A DNA stretch of 64,000 nucleotides, taken from positions 107,510,001 to 107,574,000 of the forward strand of contig NC_087436.1 of NCBI RefSeq assembly GCF_036321535.1. Direction: 5' to 3'. The notes under the pieces were generated by a model. It was not told where the DNA came from. It searched no databases and was given only the letters and a program-made list of their open reading frames with translations. The translations under genes were made by a program, and so were the position numbers. Positions 39,319 to 51,204 of the stretch are shown here, piece by piece; position 1 is the first letter of the stretch; every line of letters begins with the position of its first letter. Origin of the DNA: Camelus dromedarius. Its lineage: Eukaryota.

Positions 39319-39669
39319 AAATGATGCAGTGAACACATGTAGGGTAATTCTAGTTGCAATCAGAGCATGACTAAAGATCGAATTCAGGAAGGTAACTTTG
39401 AGTTTCACATGATACTTTATAGAAAAATCCTTACCTGGCAGCAACTTTAGATAATTTTGTTTACTGCTTTAAATAAAGTTAAGAACAATTTCCTTCAACT
39501 CTGGAGAAAATATTTACTGGTTGTTTCTCTTCATAAGATTTCAAACAACTTACATAAATTTTTTATAACAGTGTTTAATGGTAGGACATTTTAGGATATA
39601 AGAAAAAGTATAAAATGATATATAAATTGTTAGTATCTCTTAAAGTGAAATGATTTCCTTTTTTTCCAG

Positions 39670-39741
39670 AAACCTTTCAGGGAATTTGTTTTCTTCATTA
39701 TCTCAAGGAACTTTTGATTATCTTGGTTCATTACGGTCTTT
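39670..39741 (+). CDS. ADGRA3: ADGRA3 exon 5 (72 nt, LRR: NLSGNLFSSLSQGTFDYLGSLRSL)
   Basis: tttttccag acceptor, GTAAGT donor, 72 nt phase 2-2. Confidence 0.96.
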
Positions 39742-42063
39742 GTAAGTAAGATTTTTTTCCTCTTGTTTTGATAAATATTATCTTCGTTTTTGAAAATTAA
39801 AAACAGTTATTATGTGGCTTAAGAGACCTCATGGGGAAAATCTTGTGATTCTGCAAAAATTAGAATCTCCCTGGAGAGCTTGCATGCACACTGAGAAACA
39901 TACTGTAACCCTTAATGATGCTTCTCAGGCTGGGACAACCGTTTTCTCCTTAGAATACTGTCTCTCCTTGATTTATATTTAGAGTAAATCAATTGGAAAT
40001 TCTTTCTCTTCGACTGTGTTTACAAGTTAGAAAATATTTTGTTTGCCTAATTAAATCACCAAAGCATTCTCCTTGTGAAGAATTTATAGTTAAGACTATG
40101 TTATGCTTTAGGGACTTAATTTTAATCCTGTAACCCCTTCCCCAAACTGAATTCATAACTTATTACTGACATTTCTAGGCATGCCGATGTAGAATGCCTG
40201 CTATATGAAGTCAGTGTAAGGTCGTATTTACACAGTTCTCTTTAGCTTTACAATTGGCTAATATGCTCCCCACCCCTAACCCGACCTCAAGACACGGTTT
40301 TGTTATGTAAGAGATTGTATGAGTTCCTTTTGAAGGTAACTGTATTCTCAGATAAACTTTAATCTATTTCTGAGTATAAGTTACACTAATTCCTATTGGA
40401 ATTACAGTTAAGGATAATGTTTTTCAAATTTTTATTGAGTATAACTTATGGGCTTGAGTCTCCTTTTCCAGTGAAAAATGTCTTCTCTGCCAGATGCCTC
40501 TGTTTGATGTATGCTGACTTCTTTCCTCTCCTCCCTTCCCCTCCTCTTTCATTTTCCCCTTCCCTCCCTGCCTCCTTACTTTTCCTTTTCTAAATCTATC
40601 ATTTCAGTCTCCTTGAGCAGTTCTCACTGGGATGTAGTTGATAGGTTAGGCGTTTGTCTGGCTCCTCACCATCGTGGCAGATGCAATATACACACGTCTA
40701 GAGTCACACTGCATCAGACTCTTTCTGGTCTTTTTGGTGCATCTACCATTGTTATCCAGAAGGCTGCTTTTTAGTGAAAACGTCTCCCTTTGGCATATCT
40801 AGTGGGCTCAAGTCAGCCGTTTCTGTGAAGTTTAGGAAGTAAAGACTGTAAGAAATTATCTGGCTTTTGAGACTTTGGGTAGCAGGAACATAGGAACTAT
40901 TTTCATCCCCAAATTGGGCAAAATTGCTAGTGTTTATGATGGATAGTGCTGGAAACTGACCAGAAGGTGGTGCTTAGGGACGAGGAGTCAGTCAGTCATC
41001 CTCCTGGTATTGGTTTTGAATTTTATTTTCTCCTTGTTGTGTCCCACTGGGATCCCCACTCGACCTTTTTTTGCCCAAGCTGATGAGATGGAGCCTGTGT
41101 TAGATGTGCACAGTCTGTGTTAGAAGCACACGTGGTTATATATACTCTTTGCACTTGGTTTATTTATTTATATAGAATGCATTGCATTCTATTTTGGTTG
41201 TATTTACATTTTGTTCCTCCTATTACGTAATGCCCTCCAGGTTGACAGAGGACAGCGTCTGTATTTATTTTTATTAGCTGGATTTAGGGTAACGTGGCAC
41301 ATGAATAGCTAGTGCTTCGTAAAGCAAGTATTCAAGAAATATCCTCACTGTTTCTTACATCTGAATGCCACATCTTAAAACCTCCTGCCTCATGTAAAGA
41401 TAATTCTCTATTTTCTTTCATATCAAGTGTAAGGTGTTCTTATGTTTATATTTTGATTGAGTCTATGTCCCTTAAGTTAGTTAACATTTATGGTTATCCC
41501 TTGGTGCATAGTAGAAGTGTCAGAAATAGTCCCCACCCTAAGGAATTTATTCTCTACTCAGACAGACAGACTATAACCATGCAAAACAGTCATATGTTTC
41601 TTTATGTTGCCACAGTTAATAGAGCTTGCAGGCATTTAAGCCAAGAACATGGCAGTAAGGCTGGAAAAACTGGGAAGGCTTCAGGATCCACTGTTAGTGG
41701 CACGGACTTTATGATGAATAGGTAGACGTTTGATAGACAAAAAGGGTGGAGATTTGGTATTCCCGTACCCTGGGCATCAGGAGTTTGTGGCATAGAAGAG
41801 GGATGAGAAACAGATTTGTTCACATACCAACTTTGATTGAAAGCAGAGTCAGTCCCAGGATCAATGGGGAAGAGTCCTGGAGTCAGACATGCCACATCAT
41901 CTCATTGAAAAGGAGACGTAACCAGCTGATGGTGCAGGACGTGCCCTAGCATGGTGAGGGTGAGCAGCAATACGCTTGCCCCACAAAGGGAAAACCAGTG
42001 TAAGGCGAAAATGCTGGTTAATTCATTCACCATAACCTCTACGTTGTATTTTGTATGCTGCAG

Positions 42064-42224
42064 AGAGTTTCAGACTGAGTATCTGTTGTGTGATTGTAAC
42101 ATACTGTGGATGCATCGCTGGGTGAAGGAGAGAAACATCACAGTGCGGGACACACGGTGTGTTTACCCTAAGTCTCTGCAGGCCCAGCCGGTCACAGGTG
42201 TGAAGCAGGAGTTGCTGACATGCG
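42064..42224 (+). CDS. ADGRA3: ADGRA3 exon 6 (161 nt, LRRCT: EFQTEYLLCDCNILWMHRW...QELLTC)
   Basis: gctgcag acceptor, GTAAGG donor, CxCxxxW LRRCT motif within ORF 41951..42289. Confidence 0.96.
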
Positions 42225-42759
42225 GTAAGGTAGAAGGAAAAACCGAGAAAGCGTTAACTCTGTTCACTTTGCTGCCGTGTTTCTCCTGACCACCTTTAGA
42301 ATTCTCTTTATACACTGGCACCAGTGACAACTGTCAGTCTTCATGGAGCTGATAATATTTAGTGCTGCCAACAGTTAAGTCAGCTGGAATAAAAAAAGCC
42401 TCCAAAATGTAATATGTAAATAGTTCAGCATTTACATATCACCAGTTCCTTTCTCCAGATTTAAGTATCATTTTATAATTTGTTCTTCAAGTGTTGCTTC
42501 TGTGATCATCTGATAGTCTTATGATACCGCCAGAAGGGGACAGCTAAGTGTCAGAAATGATATGAAATGGTTTCGTTTCAGTTTTACTCAATTTTGTTTT
42601 CATCTTGGACCCACTTAGTTCAGCAACAGTTTTGTAGATGCTGGTAATGCTGGTTCTTTCCACTTAAAAAATTGTAATTAGAATTCTTGTAACTTTTAAT
42701 TCTAGAGTGTGAATATAGTATTACGTTTGTTGACCGAGTCTTTGTTTAACTGCCTCTAG

Positions 42760-42973
42760 ATCCTCCCCTTGAATTACCATCTTTCTACATGACTCCATCT
42801 CATCGTCAAGTTGTGTTTGAAGGAGACAGCCTTCCTTTCCAGTGCATGGCTTCATATATTGATCAAGACATGCAGGTGTTATGGTATCAGGATGGGCGAA
42901 TAGTTGAAACTGATGAATCTCAAGGTATCTTTGTTGAAAAGAACATGATTCACAACTGCTCGTTGATTGCAAG
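42760..42973 (+). CDS. ADGRA3: ADGRA3 exon 7 (214 nt, Ig-like domain N part: DPPLELPSFYMTPSHRQVVFEGDSLPFQC...NCSLIA)
   Basis: cctctag acceptor, GTAAAC donor, phase 1-2; ORF 42789..42977. Confidence 0.96.
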
Positions 42974-44069
42974 GTAAACCTTTTTTAGACGAGGAGTTGT
43001 CTCTGTGGATTTTATTTATCATCCCAGAATTGTAATACTTAGCTGCAGTTTGAATTAATATTTTATCTTCTTGCATTTAAAAAACAGACATCTTACATTC
43101 CTTTTCCTGGTTGTTGCTTATTTTCTAAAATTAAATAGCTATCTTTTATATCCAGTTTTGTAAGGAAAAAGCCACAGGATAAAAGGGAAACTCTGTTAAC
43201 AACTGGAGACTTTGTTTAAAGATTTAGGAGGAAAAAATATAAACATTTAGTGCCAAACTTAATTTCTAACAACTTCCTACCACTTAATAAGCTCAGAATT
43301 TCACTTTTAGAAAATCACCTGATTTTCACTGTTCTGTGATTAATGTTACAATTTAAGATACTTCCTTTATTCATACCACTGGTATAAAAGAATATAATAA
43401 TAACTGTTTGTCAACTTCGTGATTGGTGTGAGCACCAAAATGGTTAATTCAAATGAACTTAAAGTACAAAGAACAGGATTAAAATTTTATGTATGATATT
43501 ATCATTCACCATATTTAATTTTGGTAAAATATTAATTTATAGGCATTGAATTATCTCTTTCCTTCTCTCTGCCTCTGTGTGTGTCTCCATACCTTTTTCT
43601 GGCTGTCTCTCTCTCTTTCCTTCTTACCAATTTCTTAAAGATATACCTCAGCTGGAATATTTAAGAATAAATCCGTAGTTTCCCAGCTCTCTGCTGGGGC
43701 ACCTTGGGGAAGTAGTACAGCAAATTCACAGAAGTACCATGAAAAAATTTACCAAGAAATGGAAAGTTCTCTGAGTTAAGACTTGTTCCTGGAAATTTGG
43801 GGGGTTGATTATTCTATTTTATAATTTCTCGTTCTCTTTTGAGATTTCTTATCTGTTTATTATAAGCATATTTTCATTTATGTCTTTGAACATTTATAAT
43901 AGGTACTCCTTAAATCCTTGCCAGCTTATTCCAGTATCTGGGTGATCGTGGGATCAATCACCCTGATCATTTTCTTATGAGTATGGTTTATATTTTCCTA
44001 TATAGAAAAATGTTTCTATGTCTGCTAATGTTGGACTGTATCCTAGACATTGTGAATGACTTGCTGTAG

Positions 44070-44255
44070 AGAAGTTGGCAAAGAACAGCTTACGGGCCAA
44101 ATCTGGCCTATAAATGTTCTCTTTACAGTTTTAAATGGTTAGATTTCAAATGGTTATATAAATACCTACATAGTGTTCTCAGTGATGCTTCTTCGTCTGC
44201 AAAGGCTGAAATATTTACTAGCTGCCTTCTGAAGAAAAAGTTTACTGACTCCTAA
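44070..44255. mobile_element. MER58C-like hAT element within old L1M-like sequence
   Basis: gttggcaaa...cgggccaaatctggcc...gctgaaatatttacta...gaaaaagtttactgactcct. Confidence 0.65.
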
Positions 44256-45511
44256 CTCTGGATTCTGTTATAGTCTCCTCAGGAGAGGTGATTTTTGTTT
44301 CATCAAGCAGTTAGCTTGGTTAAACTCTAACTACTAGATCTGGCTTGTCTGTAGTAGGCAGCAGCTGAAGTCTGCTTGGTGTTTGCCCTGTCTGCATGTA
44401 GTTCAGGGGTCAGTTAGAGAGCTGGGTGAATTTTATATGCAGAAGTTTAGGCTTCCAGCCAGGTTCCTTTCTACCTCTGTCCTCTGATTTTTCAACCAGT
44501 AAGACTGTGAGTTTCTATTTGAATAGTTCCTGCCCTTGGGCAAAAGCCATCAAAAAAAATTCCCCGGTTACTCCCCAGTGCCAATAACTTCTTAGTGTCA
44601 GCTCCTCTTTAGTTCCTGCTTGCTTTGGATCACACTCTCCGTGTGTTTGGATAGTTGTCATGTTGTAGTTTGTCCACAGCTTCTAATTGTTAACTGCTGG
44701 GAGGGCGGTTTGATAGGAGTTGTTCTGCTGTTATCAGAAGCAGAGTTCCTTTCTTAGGGGACAAGATTGTTAGGAGAGATTTTTATATGCTTTTTGCACT
44801 TAAAACATTTAAGTCCCAGTGAGAAGATTCTAATTGTTACATTATTTTTACTGTGGTGATAATTTCACAAGTGTATACAGTGTCAAAACTTACCAGATTG
44901 TACACTTTAAGCAATTTATTGCCTAAGGAGACAATAAATGCCATATAACACAACAATAAAGCTTTGAAAATACAATAGAGCCTTTTTCTGAATAAAAGAG
45001 CTTCAATTTAGAACTCTTAAATTTTGTAACTGTAAGGTTACTAAATTTACTTTATAAATTTATTTCTGTAAGTCATTTTTAGCCTGTATTTTTTTAGCAT
45101 GACAAAAAATTCTAAGGATCGCAACTTTGACTAATATGTTTTGTTGTTGTTGGTGGGGACACTTAACAAAAGTGAACATCTTACATATGGAAAGCTGAGA
45201 AGTTCTTTAACCAGAGTTAGCCCCCCAAAATAAAGAAGTTGTAGAAGAAGGAAATACGTGGTTATTGAATTGGTTGACCACATATTTCTCATGTTTCTTC
45301 ATTGGTCTCTTTATGTCACTGATCCTACATTAGTAAGAATCAAAGTTTGTAGTTTTCCTAAAAGGTAAAACTGAGCAACGTCTTTTCTTCTTAAATCTTC
45401 GAGTATGTTGTGTTGGAGATTCCTGAAAAATTTTTATTTTGCTCATTGGTTTTAGATATTGAAGGTATTGCTAAAAGTTATCTTTAAAAAAAATTTGCAA
45501 AATATATTAGG

Positions 45512-46050
45512 ATTATTTTTCCCAAAGGATATGCTAATGTGCCCCAGGGCACCACTGGGAGTACACAGAGGTGCGTTGGGTACTTCAAGTGTTTGAGTGT
45601 GATACTGACATTGGTCAGATAACATACAGCTCCCAGCTCCGGGCAGTTAGGGTGTTGATGTTAGATCGTGCTACATCCTTTTTGCTGGTGCCGTACTTTA
45701 CGCTGATGGGACTTTGGCAATTACCGTGGTTCAGAGCACTGTGAAAATCAGTGTGAAGCAAGAAATACGGATATCGTCGTCTGATCTGTACCCAATGCTT
45801 AATTAGTTTTGGAGTGCCCAACAGGCACACACAACCCATTAAGAAGTAGTCATGGTTAAGAATGAAGTATTTATTTTTACATTGATGTGTGTTATTTTTT
45901 GGTTAATAAGTCATTAGGACATGTATACACAGTTTGGGGATTTCATTTAGTCAGTGGACCCACCATAGGTATTTTTAGGCCTGAGGCACCGTGAAAAGTT
46001 TATCTAGTCAGGGAAGGTCCTGTGAACCAAGAAAGTGTGAGGACCTGGAT
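45512..46050. mobile_element. hAT-Charlie-type DNA transposon remnant
   Basis: ttttcccaaa...gccccagggcacc start; caacaggcacacacaacccattaa; ggcaccgtgaaaa...tgtgaaccaagaaagtgtgaggacct end. Confidence 0.5.
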
Positions 46051-47121
46051 TGGAAAATGCTTTTTATTGTCAAAATTTATTTATCTACTTCTTCCTAGTT
46101 CAGTAGAGTCATATAAAGTAGAATGTTTGACAGTCTTTCTGGTAATTTAAATCTAATGTCAAACTCTTCTTGTCATTTTATCTTGAACATATTTATTACA
46201 ATGTATTAGTTTGTTTACTGCCTTCGTGAAAGTGATGAACACTTTCTTTGATTCAGAATCGCAGTGCCTCAGAGTCTTTTATCAGAACATTGTTGTGTAG
46301 CCATTAATGATTTAGGAACCTGGAAATATGTATATTGACCTCAAGACATAATTTTATACGCTAATTAAAATGATGGATGCTTTATGTCTAATGATTTCTT
46401 ATTTGTATCTTCATAAAAGCAAAGTATAGTAGATCATGTCAGGATAATAAAGGTTAATTGAAGGTTCTGACATTTGCTCTTTAATTACTAGGTTTCCTAT
46501 TGGAGAATTACGGTTTCATCTTGAAAGCTGAATTTTCTGACAGCTATTTAGAAACACAGCTGTGCTATAAGTTGAAGTGGAAAACTACTTTGGTTAAAGC
46601 ATTAATTGGCAATTTACTAAATCTTTTGAGGGACCTAACAGGTTGTTACTAGCATAACCCCCTTTCCACAAAATATTTCATCTTAAATATGAGTTATGCA
46701 CTTCATAACATTAATCTCCTTCATGCTTGAATGTTTTCCCTAGAATCCGAAAAGCTAGGTGTAAGTTGGAAACGTCTCCATTAGTTTTGCTGGGGGAAGT
46801 GCCGTGATGTTTCTGCCTTGGCACTTGGTCCCCCTTCCTCCGGTGTCCTGCTCTCCGGTTCTCTGGAGAAGTCCCAGTGCCCCTCGTTCACTCTTGCCAC
46901 AGCTCTGACCATGGTATTTCAGGTCTCTCTTTACCTGCCTGTCTTGACTTGATGCTGAAGTACTTAAATGGAGGGTCATGCTTTTGCTCGTTTTTATCTA
47001 GCAAGCTCTTGGCCCACAGCACACGCTCAGACATGTTTGCTAAATGAATGGTCGAAGCCCATGTTGTCTCCCTTCGTGCCTAACCATCTTTTCTCTCTCT
47101 TTGAACTCTTTCTTCATGCAG

Positions 47122-47286
47122 TGCCTTGACCATTTCTAATATTCAGGCTGGATCGACTGGAAATTGGGGCTGTCACGTCCAGACCAAACGCGGGAACAAT
47201 ACCAGGACGGTCGATATTGTGGTCTTAGAAAGCTCTGCACAGTACTGTCCTCCTGAGAGGGTGGTAAATAATAAAGGGGATTTCAG
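47122..47286 (+). CDS. ADGRA3: ADGRA3 exon 8 (165 nt, Ig-like C part into hormone-receptor motif: ALTISNIQAGSTGNWGCHVQ...NNKGDF)
   Basis: catgcag acceptor, GTCAGT donor, phase 2-2; ORF 47126..47449. Confidence 0.96.
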
Positions 47287-48916
47287 GTCAGTGACATGGC
47301 GTGTGCTGAAAGGGGCTGATTGGCCCCACGTCTTTTTATTCTCAAAGGCATGGACATATATAATTTGCCTCCTGTCCTCAGTAAGAGAATCTAAGAAATG
47401 TATGTTTATTCACATAGGTACCCTTATATATCTAAAGACTACCCTTTAGAACAGTGATTTCAGAATCATTTTGGAGATTAAAAATAAATACAGGTGCCTT
47501 AACTTTATCTCAGATCTGTTGATTCATGAGTCTCTGAAAATGAACCCAGAAGTGTAGATTTTTATCAAGTGATTTTGTTGTAAAAGTTAAGAACCACTAC
47601 TTTGGGGAAACACTTTGGAAATTCTACTAAAACAGTGTGAAACTGAGACAGGCTAATGGCATTTCCTGTTTTTTCGAGGGCTTTTTTGGGTGACCTTTGG
47701 AAGGATTTGTAGTGCCAGTTCACTTTTCACCTTGGACAGTTGAGTAGACATCACAATTAGCAGAAACATGTCCAGTTTTCCTCCCCCATCTGGTTCTTCT
47801 GGTAGTTAAATAAGGGGACTTTGGGAAATGAGAGCTGTTGGGTGGCCTGAAAGTTGGGGAGCCATTGGTGCTGGACACTGTTAAGATCAGCAGAATGAGT
47901 TAAATACTATGATTTTTTTTTTTTTTTTTTTTTAGTTGAGAGTTTAGAGTTTGTGAGAGGTAACGCCTTTTAGCATAGATTCCCCTTAACTTCAAAGGTG
48001 CTGTTAAACACTATCTTTAAATATATTATTTAGCTAAAGTTCTTCATGTTCAGAGTTTTAGTAATGACTTAATAGTTGATATAAATGAAGGGAAATTGGT
48101 AGCTCTTTAAAGTAGTGGAAAGATTACGGGATACCCAGTTTACACTGTCTGACTGGTGGTATTACTGCCTGGTAGCTCTAAGCCCAATTGTGCAGGATAA
48201 GAAAAAAAAAAACCCTTTGGTGTTCATCTTTCAAGTCCAAGGTGGAGAAGCAATAACAACTTTAGCTCAGCTAGTTCATCATTGATTTTTTTTTTTTTTG
48301 TCTTTTGTCCTCTCCTTCTTCTTTTAAAAATTCTCCTTGATATGAGTCTATGGAAATCAATTTATTATTGCCAGTGGATAAGTCTTTTATGTGGATTAAC
48401 TGTTAATCTATAATATTTTTATTGTCTACTTTAAAGTGAAATGAATAATTGTTCATTTTATTATGTTAACACCTTTATTAAATAATCATAGTATGTTTTT
48501 TGCTTATGGTGAACTTACTGTTTTTACTTGTAGTTTTGGGGTATTTTCTGTTTTTAAAAATAGAAGGAGAATCTGATTTATTTAACTGATGAATGAATTA
48601 TTTATCTTTTGACTCTCCTTAGGATATTATACAGTTAAACTTCCACTGCATTAATAAGGTTTAGTTTTGTGTTGCTTGATCTATTTATATAGTTTTTGAT
48701 AATGCATTCTATTTTCATGTGGCTGACACTATAATCTAGCAGTTCAAATGTTATGAGTCAGCTATAACTTTTATTAAATATGTTCATTTTCATTCCTAGT
48801 TTTGGAGAAATGGAACCAAAATTACAAAGATTTCTCCCAATCCAGTTAGTGCTGCTTCATCCAGCAGGTTGGCATTGTCACTTGCACAGTGACTATACAA
48901 TTTATCTGGGCTTCTC

Positions 48917-49480
48917 CCAGGTAAATTCAGTTGTATGTGGTATTGGATGTGTGCAGGACCACCCCAAGTGCAGAGGCTCCTGAAAGGGCTCACGGGACTT
49001 AGCATATATTTGTAGTTACAGCGATATAGTAATACACATAGCTGGATCATAAGGGGAAAAGACACAGGTGGGTTCTGGAGAGATCCAAGTTCAAGGTTCT
49101 TGATTGTGTCTCCCTCCCAAGAGGATCACACAGAGCCTGCTCCTCCTTCAGCCTTGAAAAGGCAGCAACCTCTATGGAGCATTTGTGCCTAGGGAAGCCC
49201 TTTGGAGACTCAGCACCCAAAGTTCTTACTGGGAGCTGTTCATACAGACATCCTCTGCCTACATCATATCAGCATTTCAGACCCCCAGGGGTAAAGCAGG
49301 TGTTCAGCATGAACCATATTGCTTGTCTAAACAGTCTCGGTACAGTGACTCGCCCGTACCAGTTAACTGGGCACACCCCAAGTCCCAGATTCCTAGATGC
49401 CACTGAGGGGCCAGCATTGCAAGCAGGCCTCTGTAAGGATAGCCACCTGGGACCTGCTGTGGTTAACTCTTTTCTGCACG
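48917..49480 (-). mobile_element. MER77/MER21-like ERVL LTR
   Basis: caggaccacccc...ggagactcagcacccaa...aaagcaggtgttcagcat..aaccatattg...tgcaagcaggcct..taaggatagc...gttaactcttttctgcac. Confidence 0.75.
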
Positions 49481-49910
49481 TGTAGTAACTCTGCTTCTGG
49501 AAAAGGCAAATTCTGCTTATATTGGACAAGGTTCTGACCATATATGCCGAATGGTTACATAAGCCAGTAATATAGTAACAGGAGGTAGAAAGAGACACAA
49601 AACCATTTGTTGCACTGTTTTTTTTTCCCCCCACTGGATAAAGATACAATTTCCCTGTCAATTCATATTTAGAATAGATTATGAAAATATTCCGTTATGG
49701 TATTAAAATATACTCGGCTGATAGCTTAAAATGGCTTAGTCATTTTAACTTTTTGAAAAATACTTTTGGCCTTTATTGTTAAAGGAGTTTGTTTCTTCTC
49801 CTTGGTTTTCTCTGATTATGCGTGAGTGACGTGCCCTGACCCTTGCTTCTCCTCTGCTGCTACTGTGTCCGTGTGGGTTTCCTTATGCCCTCTTGTCGTC
49901 GTCCCTCTAG

Positions 49911-50112
49911 GTGGCCCCGGACGCTGGCAGGCATCACCGCGTATGTGCAGTGTGCGCGGAACACCCACGGCAGTGGGATCTATCCCGGGAACGCGCAGGA
50001 CGAGAGGAAGGCCTGGCGCCGGTGTGACAGAGGGGGCTTTTGGGCAGATGACGACTATTCTCGCTGCCAGTACGCCAACGACGTCACTAGAGTTCTTTAC
50101 ATGTTCAATCAG
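49911..50112 (+). CDS. ADGRA3: ADGRA3 exon 9 (202 nt, hormone-receptor motif: WPRTLAGITAYVQC...AWRRCDRGGFW...YMFNQ)
   Basis: ccctctag acceptor, GTAACT donor, phase 2-0; WPxT...C...RxC...GxW HormR pattern. Confidence 0.96.
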
Positions 50113-51048
50113 GTAACTCGAACGTCTTCGGATCTGCTGAGGTTGCCAATAAGACATGGTATTCACATCAGATAAGATTTTTTTAATACTAGTAAAGCAT
50201 GAGGATTTGGTGTTTATACTTCAGTTGACTGTGCCTTTGGGACCAGACCCGCTCTTTTTAACCAATATTCCAGGCCCTCTGTGGCATGACTCTTTCTTTC
50301 TAGTCACTGCCGGACTTTCTGTCTTTGAATAGTTTCATCATCTGTGTCCCAGACAAAATCCCAGCCATCCTTCAAGTGCACTGGGGAAGCCTCCTCTTGG
50401 GTTTTTTTTTATAAGGGCTCTGTCACCAGTGATCCCTTGTTGTACTGTTCACGTGCCTTTTCTTATCTCTGCTTCTGTGTGTCTTCTTTAAACCCTAGAT
50501 TATAAGCAGTTAGCAGGTGGTTTCTGTGTTACCCATCTTTGAATGCTTCTTTGCGCCTGACATGCCCTTTTTGTAATGGTTGGTGCTGAGTCGTGTTTAA
50601 GTCAACATAGAAACAAATGTAAAACATTACTGGCACTGCATGGCAGTACAGATAAGTGGTAAAAAAAGTGGTTCGTTCTCGCGTGTGGCAGAAGCTCCAG
50701 GGGAGATATTGATCCCTCCCAGCTGGAATATTCAGGGAAGGCGGTGCTAAGGAATTGGAATTGAGTATGTCTAGAATTGGGATAGGTAGAGAGGAAGAGC
50801 CAGTGCAGTGTGTTTACCCGATGTGTTTTTATGTATTGTTATATTTCAATCCAAGTTAAACAAAAATTCCTTCAGGTTAGTTTCCAGTAAAGTTCCCATT
50901 TTCTCAGTTCTGGAAAAGCATTTTAAGAAGGTCATGGTGAGTAAATGATGGGGTTTGCATTTCTTGCCATGTTCTGAAATGGAAGTAAGATGTCCCAGTT
51001 TTGCCGATCACTTTGCCAAGTGCTTCTTTCTGCCTCTTTTTCACATAG

Positions 51049-51204
51049 ATGCCCCTCAACCTTACCAATGCTGTGGCCACCGCCCGACAATTACTGGCTT
51101 ACACTGTGGAAGCAGCCAACTTTTCTGACAAGATGGATGTTATCTTTGTGGCTGAAATGATAGAAAAATTTGGAAGATTTACCAAAGAGGAAAAATCAAA
51201 AGAG
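51049..51204 (+). CDS. ADGRA3: ADGRA3 exon 10 (156 nt: [16 protein letters not shown]...KEEKSKE)
   Basis: cacatag acceptor, GTATTT donor, phase 0-0; ORF 51049..51270. Confidence 0.95.

Noticed and set aside
41951..42289. ATG-initiated ORF extending exon 6 on both sides (likewise in-frame ATG at 49885 before exon 9)
   Set aside because: Only the spliced core matches ADGRA3; the extensions are intronic with no support for alternative starts
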